Source: a virus
Taxonomy: Duplodnaviria; Heunggongvirae; Uroviricota; Caudoviricetes
Length of the DNA stretch: 64,000 bases
IMG/VR virus record: IMGVR_UViG_3300042889_002176
Location: 20,554 to 84,553 of that record
Reading direction: 5' to 3' (one strand)
The notes beneath the pieces are model-generated. The model searched no databases. It saw only the letters and a list, made by a program, of their open reading frames with translations, and was not told where the DNA came from. The first letter of the stretch is position 1, and each line of letters opens with the position of its first letter. This document shows, one piece after another, positions 32,371 to 42,024 of the stretch. Both the position numbers and the translations under genes were made by a program.

Positions 32371-33619
32371 TTACAACAGCACAGATCTGGTACGTGCTAC
32401 GGAATTGTCCGAGCGTGAGCGATTTCTTTTAAAAGATTCCAAGACATTTTGTATCTATCCTTGGATTCATTTACATGCATACCCCACAGGGGAAGCATAT
32501 CCTTGCTGTCATGCTGAAATGGGTGTGGGGCAAGTGGGCAATTGTCGTGAGAATACCCTGGAAGAAATATGGACTGATGTTCCTATGCAACGCCTACGAG
32601 CTGACATGCTGAGTGAAACACCCAATGCAGCTTGCACACGCTGTTATGAACAAGAAGAATCAGGATTCTTTTCGGGACGTCGAAGTGCCAACAAACATCA
32701 CGGACATCAGATCAAAAAGCTAGAAGCTAATCCTTTTGAAATGACCTACTGGGATATTCGTTTCAGCAATCTTTGCAACCTAAAATGTCGTAGCTGCGGC
32801 CACATATTCAGTAGTCAGTGGTATCAAGATCAAGCTAAACTAGCAGGACCTGCCTGGAAGCTCAATAACACAGTTCTCAACTATGCTGGCCGCACAGAAA
32901 CAGACATGTGGACTCAGTTGGAACCGCATCTAGACTATGTTGAGCAAATCTACTTTGCAGGCGGCGAACCCTTGCTGATGGAAGAACACTATCGAATCCT
33001 AGACGAGCTGGTCAGGAGAAAACGCTTTGATGTACGCTTGATCTACAACACCAACTTTACGCACACTGACCTAAAAGGCCGTAGTGTATTTGAATACTGG
33101 AAACAGTTTGATTCAGTTGCAGTGGGCGCCAGCCTGGACGGACAAGGGCCACGTGCTGAATACATACGCAAAGGCACAGACTGGACTGTGGTAGAACAAA
33201 ATCGTAGAGACATGCTGTCAATCTGTCCCGAGGTGGACTTTTATGTCAGCCCTACTCTTAGCATTATGAATGCATGGCACTTGCCGGACTTTCATCGTGA
33301 CTGGGTTGCGAAAGGACTTATTCGAGCGCAGGATTTAAATGTAAATATCTTGCAAGATCCCCTGCACTATAGAATAGACATTGCGCCTGCTGCGTACAAA
33401 GGGTCATTGATGGCTCGGTATCGCGAACACATTGAATGGCTTCGCGGCCAAGATCCATTACAGCGAGCCACACAAGGTTTTGAAAGTGCTATCACCTTTA
33501 TGACAGCCACAGACAACACACAACTAATAGACACATTCTGGCGCAAAACACACGAGCTAGACGCTATTAGAAAAGAAAATATCCTAGACGTAATTCCTGA
33601 ATTAAGGGCGCTGAAATGA
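32360..33619 (+). CDS. radical SAM enzyme, paralog 4 (subtype A: CxxPW...PCC)
   Basis: FCIYPWIHLHAYPTGEAYPCCHA...CTRCYEQEESGFFSGRRS, CNLKCRSCGHIFSSQW and YFAGGEPLL. Confidence 0.65.
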   Translation: MTYNYNSTDLVRATELSERERFLLKDSKTFCIYPWIHLHAYPTGEAYPCCHAEMGVGQVGNCRENTLEEIWTDVPMQRLRADMLSETPNAACTRCYEQEESGFFSGRRSANKHHGHQIKKLEANPFEMTYWDIRFSNLCNLKCRSCGHIFSSQWYQDQAKLAGPAWKLNNTVLNYAGRTETDMWTQLEPHLDYVEQIYFAGGEPLLMEEHYRILDELVRRKRFDVRLIYNTNFTHTDLKGRSVFEYWKQFDSVAVGASLDGQGPRAEYIRKGTDWTVVEQNRRDMLSICPEVDFYVSPTLSIMNAWHLPDFHRDWVAKGLIRAQDLNVNILQDPLHYRIDIAPAAYKGSLMARYREHIEWLRGQDPLQRATQGFESAITFMTATDNTQLIDTFWRKTHELDAIRKENILDVIPELRALK

Positions 33620-34830
33620 ATTTGCCACACGATAAATTCTGTGTATTACCCTGGGTTAGTCTGGAAGCCAGTCCCATTGGTACTGTACGACCCTGCTGCC
33701 TGGCCGATGATGAAATAGTAGACAATTCTGGACAAAAGTTCAAATTGAGCACGGCCAATTTCCAAGACATTCAGAACTCAAATCACATGCGCAATCTTAG
33801 AGCACAGTTTCTTGCAGAGGAAAAGCCGCAGACATGCCGCAAGTGCTGGAATGAAGAACGTGCAGGACGTGACAGCAAACGCATACACACCTTGAACAGA
33901 CTCAAACACATGCTGCCTGATCAGGACTGGACCACTAACGCCAAGCCCTTGATGTTCCTGGATCTTAAACTGGGCAACATCTGCAATCTAAAATGTCGTA
34001 TATGTGGCCCTTGGAGTTCAAGCCAGTTTGCCACAGAAGAATTGAACTTCATGCCACGCGAAGAACAAAAAAGCTCTCATGCATATCAAATGCTGCGCGC
34101 CGGCGCCTGGCCCCGAGAAAATGAGCAATTCTGGAGCCAAATTGACACGGTGCTGACAGACATACGCTATATTGAATTCACTGGCGGCGAGCCGTTTATG
34201 ATCAACGAACACTTTGACATGTTACAAGGCATCATTGATCGTGGTATTGCACATCAAGTTGAAATACACTACAACACCAATGGCACACAATGGCCCGAGC
34301 GAGGTCCAGACATTTGGAAACATTTTAAGACTGTGGAAATTGCTTTTAGTATAGATGACATTGGAGAAAGATTTGAATACCAGCGCACCAATGCTGACTG
34401 GGCAGTGGTCCTGGACACAATCACAAGTTTTCAATATCTCAAAGATCAAATGCCCAACATTCAGTTGCAGTGTTGTTCGACTGTGAACATATTCAACGTG
34501 CGCTACATCAATGAGTTGGCACATTGGATAGCACGGCAGAAGTTTGACTTTGTGTACTGGAACATGATGCATGACGCCTGGTACTTTAGTATTGCCACAC
34601 TGCCTGACACTGTCAAGGCCGGCATTACTGAACACTTACGCACAGCAGATGTGCCGCCCCTGTATCGTGAAGAGTTTGCACGAATAGTAGACTTCATGAA
34701 TGGTGGCGCCAGCACCGACGGCTTTATGACCCGAATGAAAATAGCAGACCTAGACCGCAAAAGAAATCAAGACTTTGCCGCGGTGGCGCCCGAAATGGCA
34801 CAGTTGATTGAGTACAAGTTCAATGGCTAG
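33616..34830 (+). CDS. radical SAM enzyme, paralog 5 (subtype A)
   Basis: FCVLPWVSLEASPIGTVRPCCLA...CRKCWNEERAGRDSKR, CNLKCRICGPWSSSQF and EFTGGEPFM. ATGA overlap with the upstream gene. Confidence 0.65.
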   Translation: MNLPHDKFCVLPWVSLEASPIGTVRPCCLADDEIVDNSGQKFKLSTANFQDIQNSNHMRNLRAQFLAEEKPQTCRKCWNEERAGRDSKRIHTLNRLKHMLPDQDWTTNAKPLMFLDLKLGNICNLKCRICGPWSSSQFATEELNFMPREEQKSSHAYQMLRAGAWPRENEQFWSQIDTVLTDIRYIEFTGGEPFMINEHFDMLQGIIDRGIAHQVEIHYNTNGTQWPERGPDIWKHFKTVEIAFSIDDIGERFEYQRTNADWAVVLDTITSFQYLKDQMPNIQLQCCSTVNIFNVRYINELAHWIARQKFDFVYWNMMHDAWYFSIATLPDTVKAGITEHLRTADVPPLYREEFARIVDFMNGGASTDGFMTRMKIADLDRKRNQDFAAVAPEMAQLIEYKFNG

Positions 34831-36106
34831 TTCCTTGTGTCTTGCTCCGTGGACACACACCTATCTTAGCCCGCAAACTGAACGTAGAATGTGCTGTGCC
34901 AGTCGAGAACCTGCGCAGAACTTTGCTCAGTACATAGACACGGCCGCAGGTACAGGCCGGTATATTCCTATCACACTTGAACAGCACTGGAATGGTGAAC
35001 ACATGCGCGGTGTGCGTAGACGCATGTTGGCTGGAGAAACCCTGTCCGAGTGTGAAGTGTGCAACGATCAGTTGTTGAACACTGATGTGTATCGTACCTA
35101 TTTTGAACACCTGTTCAGTCACAAGTTGCCCGAAGTAATCAGCAGTACTGCCCCAGACGGCAGCACCACAATGCAACCCGTAAGCTGGGACTATCGTTTC
35201 AGCAACCTGTGCAACTTCAAGTGTAGAACATGTGGTGACATGTTATCTAGTGCATGGGAAAGTGAACAACGACAACACCACATGATTGACTGGACTAATC
35301 CCAAAAATGCATGGATGCAGCCTGAGATTCGTCAAGAGATTTCTGCATTCCAGGACAGTCAGATTGAAAAAGAATTCTCGGACGCTGTGGAACAACATCG
35401 TGTGGAAGAAGTGTACTGGGTCGGCGGTGAACCGCTGATGTACGAACAGCACTGGCGTTACATGGCTCGTATTGTTGAATTAAATGACGGAGGTCGAGTA
35501 TATGCAAGGTATAATACCAATCTTAGCAGAGTTGACTATGGTGGGCGCAATCTATTTGGTGATATACTGGCTCATATTCGTGATTGGCAAATATGCGCAA
35601 GTCTGGACGGTACAGGTGCCACAGGAGAATACATCCGAACAGGGCTTGACTACAACACCTGGCTTGCAAACTTCCGTCAAGGATTAAAACACAGTTCAAA
35701 TCCGCGACAGATGCGCATAGACTTTACACTGACCCTGCCGGGCATGACACAGGTCCTGGCCATACAGCAACTGGCTCAAGAACTGGGTGTGCAATTGCTG
35801 GCCAAAGTGGTGTTTAGTTTTGGCCCAGATATTGTGATGAGCCCATTGGCCCTGCCCAAAAATCTGCTGCATCCCTGGCTGGATGAACTGATTGAAGCCA
35901 GTTCAGGCGCCATGCGTGATGTGCTGATGCAATTGAAATCACGCCCCACGTTTGAACAACAATGGCCAGATACCCATGCTCAAGGAGTTGCTAAAGGTCG
36001 GGCTAGAGTGTTACAATTAGAAAGCATACGCAAATCATCAACGTCCATGGCTGATATTTTGTCAGCAAGGCCCGCGGTGCTAGAATGGTGGAACCAACAT
36101 GCTTGA
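34823..36106 (+). CDS. radical SAM enzyme, paralog 6 (subtype A)
   Basis: ATG at 34823 (MASSLCLAPWTHTYLSPQTERRMCCAS...); the track start 34808 is TTG. CEVCNDQ...; CNFKCRTCGDMLSSAW; YWVGGEPLM. Confidence 0.6.
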   Translation: MASSLCLAPWTHTYLSPQTERRMCCASREPAQNFAQYIDTAAGTGRYIPITLEQHWNGEHMRGVRRRMLAGETLSECEVCNDQLLNTDVYRTYFEHLFSHKLPEVISSTAPDGSTTMQPVSWDYRFSNLCNFKCRTCGDMLSSAWESEQRQHHMIDWTNPKNAWMQPEIRQEISAFQDSQIEKEFSDAVEQHRVEEVYWVGGEPLMYEQHWRYMARIVELNDGGRVYARYNTNLSRVDYGGRNLFGDILAHIRDWQICASLDGTGATGEYIRTGLDYNTWLANFRQGLKHSSNPRQMRIDFTLTLPGMTQVLAIQQLAQELGVQLLAKVVFSFGPDIVMSPLALPKNLLHPWLDELIEASSGAMRDVLMQLKSRPTFEQQWPDTHAQGVAKGRARVLQLESIRKSSTSMADILSARPAVLEWWNQHA

Positions 36107-37136
36107 TACTATCCAGATGGACCTAAGAAGCACGGACAATCAAGAGCTGTCAGTGTATATTGACGTAGAAGACAACAGTCTCTCACGCAAATGGCTGGCA
36201 GCATTGAATCAGCTAATTCAGAATCAAAATCATCTGGAAAAGAACTATTGCTGGTTGGGCTGGGCAGAGAGTGATCGCAACCACGAATACATCTGCACAC
36301 AACTCAATCGCAGTATACATGCTGTTAATTCAGCCAATCTAGGATATGTCATACAAGACTTTTTTACACCTGCCAACACAATTGATGCGAGTCTTGGGAT
36401 CAATCATACCCACCTAAATCAGTTGCACAAATATTTTGAAGACCTACAAGGTGTGTCGGGTGCCATGAGCCCGTATTACACAGCAGCCAATGACACAACT
36501 CGTTGGCACATACGTCAATTAAATTTGCTGTGTCACGAACTAGAAAGTTTGGTATTAAGCAATCGTATGTTGAAAATAGCGCCTGAATGGCAACGTCCGT
36601 CACAGTTGATGTGCTGGTTGGCAGCACCACGCTTTGAACTGTCAGATGAAGATTATGAACTGTTTGGAATAGAAACTATCAATAGATCCCTGGGCGGCGT
36701 ATATGTAGGAGTGAACAAAGCTGTGGGCAAACATCATTGGGAAGTGTTCACAGACGAAGGCAGAGACAGTCGTGTAAGCGAACTTGTGACCAGTACACTG
36801 AAATCCCAAACTCAAGCAGCTGGAGATTTTGATATAGAATGGGCCAACAATCCTGGATCATTCCTGTGGCAGATTGCATCACTCAAAGACTTTCGTGCCT
36901 GGCTAATAGACAACAACTTTGATCCTGAAGATAAATCTCTAACAATTGGGCATCCTAGAGTGGCACAAGTGGATCTAGTTCGCAGTTTTGGCACAGTAGA
37001 TTACCGAGAAATATGGGCACAGTTGTCGCAGCATCAAGACGTTTATAGAATAAGTACTAGCATGGCACAGACCACATACCAGTATCGCTGGAGTGATCCT
37101 GACTATGATCTACAGCAGATAAGGAAATTAACATGA
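36099..37136 (+). CDS. hypothetical protein (345 aa)
   Basis: An ORF coupled to the upstream gene by an 8-nt overlap. No motif recognised. Confidence 0.5.
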   Translation: MLDTIQMDLRSTDNQELSVYIDVEDNSLSRKWLAALNQLIQNQNHLEKNYCWLGWAESDRNHEYICTQLNRSIHAVNSANLGYVIQDFFTPANTIDASLGINHTHLNQLHKYFEDLQGVSGAMSPYYTAANDTTRWHIRQLNLLCHELESLVLSNRMLKIAPEWQRPSQLMCWLAAPRFELSDEDYELFGIETINRSLGGVYVGVNKAVGKHHWEVFTDEGRDSRVSELVTSTLKSQTQAAGDFDIEWANNPGSFLWQIASLKDFRAWLIDNNFDPEDKSLTIGHPRVAQVDLVRSFGTVDYREIWAQLSQHQDVYRISTSMAQTTYQYRWSDPDYDLQQIRKLT

Positions 37137-37234
37137 ACTGGCTAAAAAAATTATGGGCAAGAATCTCCCTGGAATATCGTTACCGCAAGAAACTCAAAGA
37201 GCTACGCAAAAGAGACCCTTTCATTTATAAATGA
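37133..37234 (+). CDS. small basic peptide (33 aa), candidate coupled ORF
   Basis: MNWLKKLWARISLEYRYRKKLKELRKRDPFIYK has an SD (aaggaaa) upstream and ATGA overlaps with both neighbours. It is below the ORF-track threshold. Confidence 0.3.
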   Translation: MNWLKKLWARISLEYRYRKKLKELRKRDPFIYK

Positions 37235-38712
37235 ACATACTGGGAATATCGGCAGGATTCCATGATGCTGCTGCCACGGTACTGGATCATGACGGCAACA
37301 TTCTTTTTGCCGGCCATTCAGAACGCTACAGCAAAAAGAAAAATGACGCTGATATCAGTTTAGGACTGATTGCCGACGTACTGTATTATGGTCAGCCTGA
37401 ACAAGTTGCTTACTATGAGCGTCCTTGGCGTAAACAACTGCGACAATGGTATTCAGGACAAGGTATCGAGTGGAACAAACTCACTGTAGGACAGATCTTG
37501 AAGGCACAACTGGGCAATCAGATCAAGCCTGAGCATGTGTCCAGTTACAATCATCATCTAAGTCATGCCGCAGGCGGATTTCAGACCAGCCCATTTGATC
37601 GAGCCACAGTTGTGGTAATAGACGCTGTGGGTGAGTGGGACACCATAACCATCTGGGGCGCTGAATACAATTCTCAGGGCCGAGCAACTTATCGAAAACT
37701 TTGGTCCCGCGGGTATCCGCACAGCATAGGATTGTTCTACAGTGCAGTCACTGCTCGTGTGGGTCTTAGACCCCTGGACGAAGAATACATTCTAATGGGC
37801 ATGGCTGCATACGGACAAAACAATATCAGCAATCGACTGCGCTACGATCTTATCGACAATGAATATGAAATTCGATTCAAAGAGAATCTACATACAGGTC
37901 TTGAAGCTGAATATCTAAATGATTATTCAGAGTTTGATATTGCCGCCGGGGCACAGGCTCTAGCAGAAGACCTTATTTTGAATGTGATGGTTCGTGCTAA
38001 GAAACTGAACTGGAGCCGGAACCTAGTTTACATGGGCGGTGTTGCTCTTAACTGTAGTGCCAACCAACGGATTGGAAATTATTTTGACAACATCTGGATC
38101 ATGCCTTGTCCTGGTGACGCAGGCAGTAGTCTTGGCGCTGCTGCCTTGGCACATGGTGGTCGAATCAACTGGACCAATGCTTATCTTGGCCACAATATCC
38201 TCGGTGCTTATCCTGTCAATGCCATCCTGGATGAGTTGGTCACTAGAAAAATTGTGGGAGTGGCTAGTGGTCGAGCAGAATTTGGACCCAGGGCCCTGGG
38301 CAATAGAAGTTTGTTAGCAGACCCTCGTGGCTCGGAAATAAAGGATCAAGTAAATGAGATCAAACGTAGACAACAATTCAGACCATTTGCACCAGTTATC
38401 CTTGAAGAATACGCTGATCAGTATTTTGATATGCCTAGGGGTTTCAGCACTAGTAGGTATATGCAAGCAGTCGCCAACTGCTGGTATCCTGATCTTTTTC
38501 CTGCTATTGTGCATCATGACGGCACTAGTAGAGTGCAGACAGTTCCTGCGGATGGTTCAGGCATTAGAGAACTCTTGGAAAAATGGTACGTGATGACTGA
38601 TTGTCCTATGCTGCTCAACACGTCATTGAACATACGCGGAGAGCCCATGGTCAATGATCGAGCAGATGCGGACCGCTTTGAACGTGAGTACGGCGTTCGA
38701 GTTTGTAGTTAA
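37231..38712 (+). CDS. carbamoyltransferase, NodU/CmcH family
   Basis: The N-terminus MNILGISAGFHDAAATVLDHDGNILFAGHSERYSKKKND and the HHLSHAAGGF motif match the Kae1/HypF-like fold of O-carbamoyltransferases. 493 aa. Confidence 0.7.
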   Translation: MNILGISAGFHDAAATVLDHDGNILFAGHSERYSKKKNDADISLGLIADVLYYGQPEQVAYYERPWRKQLRQWYSGQGIEWNKLTVGQILKAQLGNQIKPEHVSSYNHHLSHAAGGFQTSPFDRATVVVIDAVGEWDTITIWGAEYNSQGRATYRKLWSRGYPHSIGLFYSAVTARVGLRPLDEEYILMGMAAYGQNNISNRLRYDLIDNEYEIRFKENLHTGLEAEYLNDYSEFDIAAGAQALAEDLILNVMVRAKKLNWSRNLVYMGGVALNCSANQRIGNYFDNIWIMPCPGDAGSSLGAAALAHGGRINWTNAYLGHNILGAYPVNAILDELVTRKIVGVASGRAEFGPRALGNRSLLADPRGSEIKDQVNEIKRRQQFRPFAPVILEEYADQYFDMPRGFSTSRYMQAVANCWYPDLFPAIVHHDGTSRVQTVPADGSGIRELLEKWYVMTDCPMLLNTSLNIRGEPMVNDRADADRFEREYGVRVCS

Positions 38713-39752
38713 AAGTAAGTTTCTAGCCCGCCACGTCGGCGAATGTCTTGAGTACAGCAACTGATGCCGCCATCCCAGAAGTAGCTGTGACGCAGTTCAC
38801 TAATGATAGGTTCAATCTTGTGCTTACGACAGTAGTCAAACACTTCTCGGTTATAGGCACTAAAGATAACGTGACTTTCGTCTAGCACAAGACAGTTGAC
38901 ATCAAACACAGTCTCAGCAACAAAACCTGTCCACTTGGTTAGATAGGTGTTTACAAAGTCTGTAAACTCTGCTGTGGGTGTTTGTCCTTGCACATACCAT
39001 GCACCAGGGCTTTGTTCGTATTTGAACTTGCCCACTTCCATAGCAGCCCAGATTGAGCTATCCCAAATCTTGCAAACGTCCCAGCCAGGAAAATCTGCTG
39101 CAAGATTTAGATTCACATCGTGCTTGCTGCTCAACAACACACCAGGCTTGAGTATAGCAAACACAGCATCGCCATGCCCGTCGGTGATAGCTTCGTGTAT
39201 GCGGTACTCAGGACCCAGTACATTGTCCACAATCCAGCGTGATTGTTCAGGTTTTAGGAAGTCTGAGTTGTCAAAGAACACATCGCGACCCACTCGCACA
39301 ATACAACTGGCACTGGCACCATTTAGAATACAGTTTTCATCCCAGCCTGACGGTCCATGAGGATTAATCACACTGCCAGGATCAGCTGCTTCGTACTCGG
39401 CACAAACTGCGTCAAGCTCTTGCATGGGCAACACACGTAACAGTTTGTTGCCTAGAGTGATCTGCCAGTCACGTGGCGTCAGCGGCGGCAGCGGCGCGCC
39501 GTCCCCTGTGATTTGTTGTTGTTGGAAATTGTGTTTGTTGGGCAGATCAGGACGCCGCACTCGAGCACCAAACTTCTCAATGGTTTTTTGCAAGTTGTCT
39601 AGATCTTCGGCTGTTTCCGACAAGATCTGTTGCAGTTGATTGCGCACCTGTGGGTTTTCGATAAAATCAAAATAGTCAGGTGTGTATGCTTGCCCCACAA
39701 TCACTTCTTCAAGTGGTTGCCAGCTGGTGTATGAATTAATTGTATTGCTCAT
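38709..39752 (-). CDS. amidinotransferase-superfamily enzyme (glycine/inosamine-phosphate amidinotransferase-like)
   Basis: The C-terminal catalytic-Cys region FWDGGISCCTQDIRRRG resembles AGAT/StrB1 (GG.HC.T.DvRRRG). It converges on the carbamoyltransferase gene with a 4-nt overlap. Confidence 0.55.
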   Translation of the reverse strand: MSNTINSYTSWQPLEEVIVGQAYTPDYFDFIENPQVRNQLQQILSETAEDLDNLQKTIEKFGARVRRPDLPNKHNFQQQQITGDGAPLPPLTPRDWQITLGNKLLRVLPMQELDAVCAEYEAADPGSVINPHGPSGWDENCILNGASASCIVRVGRDVFFDNSDFLKPEQSRWIVDNVLGPEYRIHEAITDGHGDAVFAILKPGVLLSSKHDVNLNLAADFPGWDVCKIWDSSIWAAMEVGKFKYEQSPGAWYVQGQTPTAEFTDFVNTYLTKWTGFVAETVFDVNCLVLDESHVIFSAYNREVFDYCRKHKIEPIISELRHSYFWDGGISCCTQDIRRRGGLETYF

Positions 39753-40917
39753 GAATGTCCTTGATCAAGCTATTTAAACGCTGCGTCTTGAGTTCGGCAA
39801 ATAACTGTTGGTTGTGTTCTATGTCTGCTCGTGCAGTTTCAAACCGATCTGCCAATCTATGCCGTGCCTGAGCAACTGCATCACATAGGCGTATCCAGCG
39901 TTGGGTGTTATCCTCAATGCGATCATACATGGTGTCCAACACTGTGTCAAAGGTCTTGTAGCCTAGATCACGCAGAGCTTGTAAACTGCCCGCAGGACCG
40001 GCAACAAAGAACAGTTGTCCGTGCTTGATTGGCTTGAAAGTTTTTTCAGTTAAGAATGCGCCACCGGACTGATCTGCGTCCCAGTGTGTTTCCATCACAA
40101 TGTTGCAATAACTGTTGACGTGATATTTGGATTCAGTTTCAGAATGATTGTTGCGGCTGTCCTGATCAAGTTCGTCGCTGACATAAGGTGCCTGGCCAAG
40201 AAACTTCACAGTGGCTTCACGCAGTCCGGGTACAGCGTCTATCTCAATGGGGTTGTCGTTATCTAACTCACCAGTTTCGCAGTAGCTCCAGTAACTGCGG
40301 TCCAGCACACCTGTTCGTGACAAATCTGCCATTGCAGTGGCTCTCCAGCTTTTGTGTAGTCGATTTAACACAGTGAATTCACGTTCTCTTGGTTTAGAAT
40401 GTATGGCCAGAGGTGCTTGTTCACGGTTGCGCTGATAGTACCAAAGTTCAAAGTCATTGAAGTACACAAAGCCTGGAATATCTCGTGCAGCAGAGTTAGC
40501 ACTAACAAAAATATAACAGTTGGCTGGTAGTCGTACTTGTACAGCTAATTTGTCCAATCTTTGTTTGATCCTGGCAGGATTGTCCCCTTCGTGATAGTAA
40601 AACAACACACGAATTTTCTTCTGGCACACAGCAGTAAAAATTTCAGCAGGCAACAAAGTAAAATAATCAATGCTAAAATTGAAAAAGCTCAGACCTATTG
40701 GGTAAAACGTATTGGCTGGCAAGTTGTTGTGAATGTAATGAATGTTGATTTTGACTTCATGATGGTCACAGTATTCTTGCAGTCGTAAGGGAATGGTGTA
40801 GGGAAAATGCAGATCAAACTCACGCCAGCTCTGTGTGTAAGGCCTTGCTTGGTGAGTAGCAAGTGCAGGATAGATGCGTCCTTTATCAACGCGATCAGCT
40901 ATTAGATTTAATTCCAT
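39736..40917 (-). CDS. putative glycosyltransferase, TEK-motif fucosyltransferase-like paralog
   Basis: ...YCNIVMETHWDADQSGGAFLTEKTFKPIKHGQLFFVAGPAGSLQALRDLGYKTFDTV...; paralogous to 29940..31040 and 40895..42022. Confidence 0.4.
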   Translation of the reverse strand: MELNLIADRVDKGRIYPALATHQARPYTQSWREFDLHFPYTIPLRLQEYCDHHEVKINIHYIHNNLPANTFYPIGLSFFNFSIDYFTLLPAEIFTAVCQKKIRVLFYYHEGDNPARIKQRLDKLAVQVRLPANCYIFVSANSAARDIPGFVYFNDFELWYYQRNREQAPLAIHSKPREREFTVLNRLHKSWRATAMADLSRTGVLDRSYWSYCETGELDNDNPIEIDAVPGLREATVKFLGQAPYVSDELDQDSRNNHSETESKYHVNSYCNIVMETHWDADQSGGAFLTEKTFKPIKHGQLFFVAGPAGSLQALRDLGYKTFDTVLDTMYDRIEDNTQRWIRLCDAVAQARHRLADRFETARADIEHNQQLFAELKTQRLNSLIKDIHEQYN

Positions 40918-42022
40918 TTAGCATCTCATTTAGTTCTTGCCATAACACAGCTTCAAATCCACCCCTATAAAAGTGATTCCAGTTGTGTTCTATGACTTGG
41001 TGACACTGCTCAAACAGGTCTTGTTTGGCTTCAGCAGGCAACTCGTCGAGACTACGTAACAGGCTAGTAATGCGTTCTATACGTACATCATCGTCTGCAG
41101 AATCATAGCTCTCGTCCCAGATATCTCCAAATGTTTGAAATCCGTAACTGCGCAAATACTCCAGACTGCCCTTGGTGCCCACAATTACAAACGGCATGCC
41201 CAGGGCAATGGGTTTGAATGTTTTTTCAGTCAAGTGAAGTCGTTGGCCTGTGGCCACAGTTTCTGTAACCAAGTACAACAGGCTTTCAGCTGACTCATCA
41301 AACAAGCTGAGCCAACACGAGTGCATGGGATGATCAGTTTCGTTGGCAAAATTTATAGGCAAAGTTTGTGCGGCAAACACTGATTCTATATCAGGATACT
41401 TGTTTGACAATGGTTTTACAGCATCTAGTATGCTGATATTTTCTGAAGGACACACAGAAGGGCAGCTGATATGATTGTGTGCCATTCCGTTCTTAAAGAT
41501 GTGGTACAGCATCTCCAGCCGGTGTTGTCGCTCTCCTGCTATAATTCGATTAGGTGCAATGAATGTCTTTGTAATAACACGCTCAGACGCCGGCTGGATC
41601 AAGAAAGTTTTATCGTAACCTCGATACCAATCTAGTGCTGCCCAACCGTGAAAGAAATAATACAAAGGCGTCCACCAATGCTGTTTGCACAAAGCAGCAA
41701 CATTGTCGCTGTTTTTTTCGCTGGTTACAAGATATCCGAGATTATGTAACATCACTAGCTGTTGTATGCTTGTATTTTTTAATATATCTACATTACAAAC
41801 AACTACTCTTGCAAAAGTAGGCATGTGTATGTCCAAATTTATTGGCTCTTGGTCAAAAAAGAATATATAATTGTGTTCATGTATGTCATCTCTGCCATAA
41901 TTCATCACACTGGCAGGATCACTGCGTCCAAACGGTTCGCAAAAGAATGCTCTAAAACCAGGACGGTTAGCCTTCAGCCAGGGCCAGAATGTGTTGTTGT
42001 AAATTTCATCTATTCTAATCAT
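40895..42022 (-). CDS. putative glycosyltransferase, TEK-motif fucosyltransferase-like paralog
   Basis: ...YLVTETVATGQRLHLTEKTFKPIALGMPFVIVGTKGSLEYLRSYGFQTFGDIWDESYD...; its start codon is 2 nt from the divergent start at 42025. Confidence 0.4.
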   Translation of the reverse strand: MIRIDEIYNNTFWPWLKANRPGFRAFFCEPFGRSDPASVMNYGRDDIHEHNYIFFFDQEPINLDIHMPTFARVVVCNVDILKNTSIQQLVMLHNLGYLVTSEKNSDNVAALCKQHWWTPLYYFFHGWAALDWYRGYDKTFLIQPASERVITKTFIAPNRIIAGERQHRLEMLYHIFKNGMAHNHISCPSVCPSENISILDAVKPLSNKYPDIESVFAAQTLPINFANETDHPMHSCWLSLFDESAESLLYLVTETVATGQRLHLTEKTFKPIALGMPFVIVGTKGSLEYLRSYGFQTFGDIWDESYDSADDDVRIERITSLLRSLDELPAEAKQDLFEQCHQVIEHNWNHFYRGGFEAVLWQELNEMLNGIKSNS

Positions 42023-42024
42023 TA

